From Octopus sinensis (taxonomy: Eukaryota), in assembly GCF_006345805.1 (NCBI RefSeq), contig NC_043004.1, forward strand, positions 79,670,001 through 79,734,000: a stretch of DNA of 64,000 nucleotides, read 5' to 3'. The first letter of the stretch is position 1, and the number at the start of each line of letters is the position of its first letter. The notes beneath the pieces are model-generated. The model worked only from the letters and a program-made list of their open reading frames with translations, was not told the origin of the DNA and made no database searches. A program made the translations under genes and the position numbers. Of this stretch, positions 60,715 to 64,000 are shown in pieces.

Positions 60715-63266
60715 CTAGCAGTAATACCTGTCGTTCATCGGATAATTACTTTTACTCTTTCTCAGGAGTCACATTCAAAGTATTATTATATATATAATAG
60801 ATTTCTCAACGGGGGTTTCAGGGAGTTGCTGGTAATGCATCGTGATGATCAAAAATCCCGCCTGCTAAAATTTGGTTAAAGTGATTCAAACTGCAGACTC
60901 AACGCAAAATGGTCACATTTAATTCAAAGCGTTAAAAATGTTACGAAAACAATTGGTATGTGTTCAAAAAGTCCAAACAATTAATACGGAAAAACCCTCC
61001 AGTCTACATCCCGAAATTTCATTTCTTTGCTGAATTTCTACAATGTTTACGGCGATTCGTTTTTATATCTTGATTTTTTATTTTTCATGCAATTTACGCA
61101 TGGTGAACACAGTTCACATCAAACAGCTGACTGAGTAAAGTTCACTATTCAATGCATGGAATAAGGCCTAAACAAACACATTATCGATTTTTGCACTTGC
61201 GAGATGAATTTCGAGACAGAAATAGCGCAGTTCAATTTTCATTCGCCTAAACTTTAAGTGACCCATTTTTGGTGGTTCTACGATTTGTTGGCTAGGAGGA
61301 GATGTGCCAGAAAGTTAAACACACAGATACACACAGAGATACACACACAGACACACAAGTTGAGTTTTATATATATAGATGTATATATGTGCTGGTGGCA
61401 CGTAAAAAGCACCCACTACACTCACGGAGTGGTTGGCGTTAGGAAGGGCATCCAGCTGTAGAAACACTGCCAAATCAAACTGGAGCCTGGTGCAGCCTCC
61501 TGGCTTCCCAGACCCGGTTGAACCGTCCAACCCATGCTAGCATGGAAAACGGACGTTAAACGATGATGATAATGATATATATATATATTTATGTGTGTGT
61601 ATATGTTTGTGTGGCTGTGTTTGTCCCCCACCAATATTGCCTGGCAACCAATGCTGGTGTGTGTACGTCCCTGTAACTAAGTGGTTTCGCAAAAGAGACC
61701 AATAGAATAAGTTCTAGGCTTATAAAAAATAAGCCCTGGGTTCGATTTGCTCGACTAAAGGCAGTGCTCCAGCATGGCCACAGTCAAATGACTGAAACAA
61801 GTAAAAGAGTAAGAGAGTACCAAAGCTCTGTCTCCATGATTGGGCTGACACTAAATGCTTGTTATCAGACAAAATTGGCAGGTGAACCAGCAGAGGGCCC
61901 ATAGCCTTGTTGATCAAAATCACCAAACAGCTCTGACTTAGCTAGTGGCCTGTTGTTGAGAATTAACGTAGTACACAATGCCATGCTTTTTACCTTAATG
62001 GTCCAACAATTCTAATCTAGCACAGTGCATGGTAATCTCCAAGGTATCTTTTTCTCACAACATGATGTATCGTCCATGCGATAATATTTGTTATTTGTTT
62101 TTTAATAAGTACCGTCTTCTTTTCCTCTTGTAAGGGTTCGAATCTACCCTCCACATATCAAGACAAGACTCTGAAGTAGTGCTGCCAGTTTTGTCACCAT
62201 AACAACTCAACCATCAAACAATTACGGCTGGTTTGTGTAAATACCAGTAGCAGATCATTTCTAGATGCGACTGGATATCATGTGATTGACTAAACTGTCA
62301 GAAGTTGTACATTGCTAGTCACAATGCACTTCACATTGATTTAGCTTTCAAATGGTACTACTCCACTGGCAAGGCAAGCAGGCCAACATTCCTCCAAAAT
62401 GGAAGGTTATTCCATTGCAGGGTGAATCCTTTACAGCTGAGTGAACTGGAGCAATGCGAAATAACGTATTTTGCTCAAGAACTCAATGCACTGCTTGGTC
62501 CAGGAAATGAACCTACAATCTAGCGATTGGGAGTGCAACACTAACTACTAGGTCATGCACTTTATAACAGTAGGCCATGCCTTTTATAACAATAGGTCAT
62601 GATCCTTATAACAATAGGGCATCCGCCTTATAACAATAGGCCATGCACCTTCTAACAATAGGCCACACACCTTATAACAATAGATCATCTGCCTTATAAT
62701 AGGTCATGTGCATTATAACAATAGGCCACATGCCTAATAACAATAGGTCATCCTCCTTATAATGACAGGCTATGTACCTTATAACAAGAGGTTATCCGCC
62801 TTATAACATTATAACTGCACAAGTTCCATGGGGTTCACAGATAACAGGTGGGCCTGTGCAGCAGCCAAGTAGTACCTAAGAAATCAAAAAAGGCCACTTA
62901 GAAGGCTTCCAAGATGAATTGGTAAAACAATTTGGACCTGGATGGAAAAGCCTGTTGCAATGAAGAAAAAATTGGAAGCACACAGTGACCAGCGTTGTAT
63001 AACAACATCTGATAGTCTGATCAATACACCGATACTGTGAATGTAACAAGCAGGAATAAAAGAATTATTTGACATTGGTAACCTGTTACTCACCAGGAGG
63101 AGGGCTGTAGTCATGAATGGCAATGACAAAACGTGACCGTTTTCTCAAGCCTTCCAGGAATGTAACAATTAAGTCTTTGATATCCTCTGAGTTTGGAGAT
63201 GTAAATGTATACTCTTCTCCTTTAATGGTTGCCAAAGTAAAACTCTGTCCATGAAGTTTCCGAGTA
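38459..63266 (-). CDS. MYO7A: Unconventional myosin VIIa (MYO7A/crinkled), 5'-partial spliced CDS: complement(join(38459-38545,39950-40069,41999-42082,42987-43103,44449-44515,45725-45843,46684-46790,47411-47497,47880-47994,48483-48588,50211-50363,52042-52103,53643-53734,54683-54843,57227-57351,59987-60174,63094-63266))
   Basis: The 17 exons join in frame to about 653 aa. Motifs [38 protein letters not shown]3 [22 protein letters not shown], MyTH4 [71 protein letters not shown] and [13 protein letters not shown] are near-identical to the myosin VIIa tail. Confidence 0.97.
39950..40069 (-). CDS. MYO7A: MYO7A exon ([40 protein letters not shown])
   Basis: tttgtag| ... |gtaaat. Confidence 0.96.
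41999..42082 (-). CDS. MYO7A: MYO7A exon ([28 protein letters not shown])
   Basis: ttaacag| ... |gtaagt. Confidence 0.95.
42330..42695. mobile_element. Tigger/pogo-like MITE
   Basis: TA-flanked TIRs CAGTAGAACCTC / GAGGTATCACTG and internal GGAACGGATTAATT motif; a related decayed copy lies at about 28950-29268. Confidence 0.7.
42987..43103 (-). CDS. MYO7A: MYO7A exon ([39 protein letters not shown])
   Basis: tctacag| ... |gtgagt. Confidence 0.95.
44449..44515 (-). CDS. MYO7A: MYO7A exon ([22 protein letters not shown])
   Basis: ctttcag| ... |gtaagc. Confidence 0.94.
45725..45843 (-). CDS. MYO7A: MYO7A exon ([39 protein letters not shown])
   Basis: tttgcag| ... |gtaagt. Confidence 0.95.
46372..46417 (-). 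ncRNA. Minimal type I hammerhead ribozyme motif (Penelope-associated)
   Basis: GACAC-CTGATGA-A-GGCTG(N10)CAGCT-GAAA-CGTT-GTGTT: stem I GACAC/GTGTT, canonical core, stem II, palindromic AACGTT stem III. Confidence 0.7.
46684..46790 (-). CDS. MYO7A: MYO7A exon ([36 protein letters not shown])
   Basis: tctccag| ... |gtgagt. Confidence 0.95.
47411..47497 (-). CDS. MYO7A: MYO7A exon ([29 protein letters not shown])
   Basis: atttcag| ... |gtaggg. Confidence 0.95.
47880..47994 (-). CDS. MYO7A: MYO7A exon ([38 protein letters not shown])
   Basis: ctttcag| ... G|gtaaac. Confidence 0.95.
48483..48588 (-). CDS. MYO7A: MYO7A exon ([35 protein letters not shown])
   Basis: tttccag| ... |gtaagc. Confidence 0.96.
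48815..49140 (-). mobile_element. Penelope-like element fragment with inverted partial duplication and 12-bp flanking direct repeat
   Basis: TTAGACTCTGAT at 48803-48814 and 49141-49152; about 48860-48939 is inverted at about 49065-49138; hammerhead motif at 48907-48952; sister copies at about 46290-46440 and 36405-36525. Confidence 0.7.
50211..50363 (-). CDS. MYO7A: MYO7A exon ([15 protein letters not shown]...[11 protein letters not shown])
   Basis: ctttcag| ... |gtaagc. Confidence 0.95.
52042..52103 (-). CDS. MYO7A: MYO7A exon ([21 protein letters not shown])
   Basis: attccag| ... |gtaaat. Confidence 0.95.
53643..53734 (-). CDS. MYO7A: MYO7A exon ([31 protein letters not shown])
   Basis: AC acceptor; gtaagt donor. 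Confidence 0.93.
53735..54682 (-). other. U12-type (minor spliceosome) AT-AC intron in MYO7A
   Basis: 5'SS ATATCCTTTT at 54682-54673; branch site TTCCTTGAC at 53753-53745; terminal AC at 53736-53735; splicing restores the frame (CFL-S-ILKYMGD). Confidence 0.93.
54263..54669. mobile_element. hAT-like MITE inside the U12 intron
   Basis: Imperfect inverted ends CAGGAACATGC / GCACATGCCTG with subterminal GGTAGGCA/TGCCTAC motifs. Confidence 0.45.
54683..54843 (-). CDS. MYO7A: MYO7A exon (PPPKRTMTR...[10 protein letters not shown]...QEACECFL)
   Basis: tgttcag| ... |ATATCCTTTT (U12 donor). Confidence 0.93.
55478..55703. repeat. 62-bp tandem repeat, about 3.6 copies, inside a family B SINE
   Basis: TGTGCCACCGACACAGG starts at 55488, 55550, 55612 and 55674. 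Confidence 0.9.
56649..56880. mobile_element. piggyBac-like MITE (TTAA-CCCTTT ... AAAGGG-TTAA)
   Basis: TTAA duplication and CCCTTT termini; related copies at about 1712-2127, 8256-8466, 41668-41900 and 59041-59269. Confidence 0.75.
57227..57351 (-). CDS. MYO7A: MYO7A exon (TLFTRGAEY...[15 protein letters not shown])
   Basis: gcctcag| ... |gtaagc. Confidence 0.93.
59987..60174 (-). CDS. MYO7A: MYO7A exon, SH3 ([15 protein letters not shown]...TKPSDEIV)
   Basis: tttcag| ... |gtaagt. Confidence 0.95.
60714..61380. mobile_element. Helentron/DINE-1-like non-autonomous element inserted in the (TA)n of a family A SINE
   Basis: Begins ACTAGCAGTAATACCTGTCGTTC.. and ends in CACA(CAGA) repeats plus TTTTATATATATAGAT, the usual HINE/DINE layout. 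Confidence 0.55.
62549..62815. repeat. Minisatellite of about 22 bp, about 12 copies (TAGGCCATGC..TTATAACAA)
   Basis: Tandem units visible directly, abutting the head of a minus-strand SINE. Confidence 0.85.
63094..63266 (-). CDS. MYO7A: MYO7A exon ([19 protein letters not shown]...[15 protein letters not shown])
   Basis: tttctag| ... |gtgagt on the minus strand. Confidence 0.95.
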
Positions 63267-64000
63267 CTAGAAATAAAATATGAAATAACAACATTAACAA
63301 AATATTATTAAAACAAGTAGAAAACAATAATTACAATCATAAAATCTACAAATGGCACTGGTATGGCTGTGTGGTAAGAAGCTTGCTTCTCAACCTCATG
63401 GTTCCAAGTTCAGTCCCATTGTGGGGCACCTTGGGTTAGTGTCTTCTATCATAGCCTCTGGCCAATCAAAGCCTTGTGAGTGGATTTGGTTGACAGAAAC
63501 TGAAAGAAGCCCAATGTGTGTGTGTGTGTGTGTGTGTTTAACCCCCACCACCATTTAATAACTGGTGTTGGTGTGTTTACATCCCTGTGACTTGGTGTTT
63601 CAGCAGAAGAGACCAACAGAACAAGTACCAGGTGAGCTGGCAGAATCGTTAGCATGCTGGGTGAAATGCTTAGCGGTATTTTGCCTGCCGCTACGTTCTG
63701 AGTTCAAATTCCGCTGAGGTTGACTTTGCCTTTCATCCTTTTGGGGTCGATTAAATAAGTACCAGTTACACACTGGGGTTGATATAATCGACTTAATCCG
63801 TTTGTCTGTCCTTGTTTGTCCCCTCTGTGTCTAACCTCTTGTGGGCAGTAAAGAAATAAGAACAAGTACCAGGCTTAAAGTACTGAGGTTAATTAATTTA
63901 ACTAAAATTTAAGGCAGTGCTCCAGCATGGCTGTAGTCTAATGACCGAAACAAGTAAAAGGTAAAAGAGAAATGATATAGTAATATGGTAAGATTCCTTG

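Noticed and set aside
1068-63655. Most short ORFs in the six-frame track, including the recurrent [23 protein letters not shown] and HTHTH peptides
   Set aside because: These are chance translations of SINEs and microsatellites. Only those overlapping the listed exons or LINE/mariner relics are meaningful.

Overview
AT-rich, repeat-dense animal genomic DNA, most likely an octopus (inferred from the SINE families and microsatellite content). None of the supplied ORFs represents a complete gene. Reading splice sites by hand gives two convergent intron-rich genes. (1) PEX3 on +: 12 coding exons at 6867-28634, about 355 aa; exon 1 was not found and probably lies upstream of the window. (2) The 3' part of myosin VIIa (MYO7A/crinkled) on -: 17 coding exons from 63266 down to 38459, about 653 aa, covering the end of FERM1, SH3, MyTH4 and FERM2. 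All exon phases join without a frameshift. One MYO7A intron (53735-54682) is a minor-spliceosome AT-AC intron, and another appears shifted by 1 nt relative to human. Introns and the intergenic gap hold dozens of tRNA-derived SINEs, CR1, RTE and HERO-like LINE relics, a mariner relic and several MITEs. Penelope-like fragments carry minimal hammerhead-ribozyme motifs, including a recurrent atypical CUGU(N)GA core. No prokaryote-type system such as CRISPR is supported.
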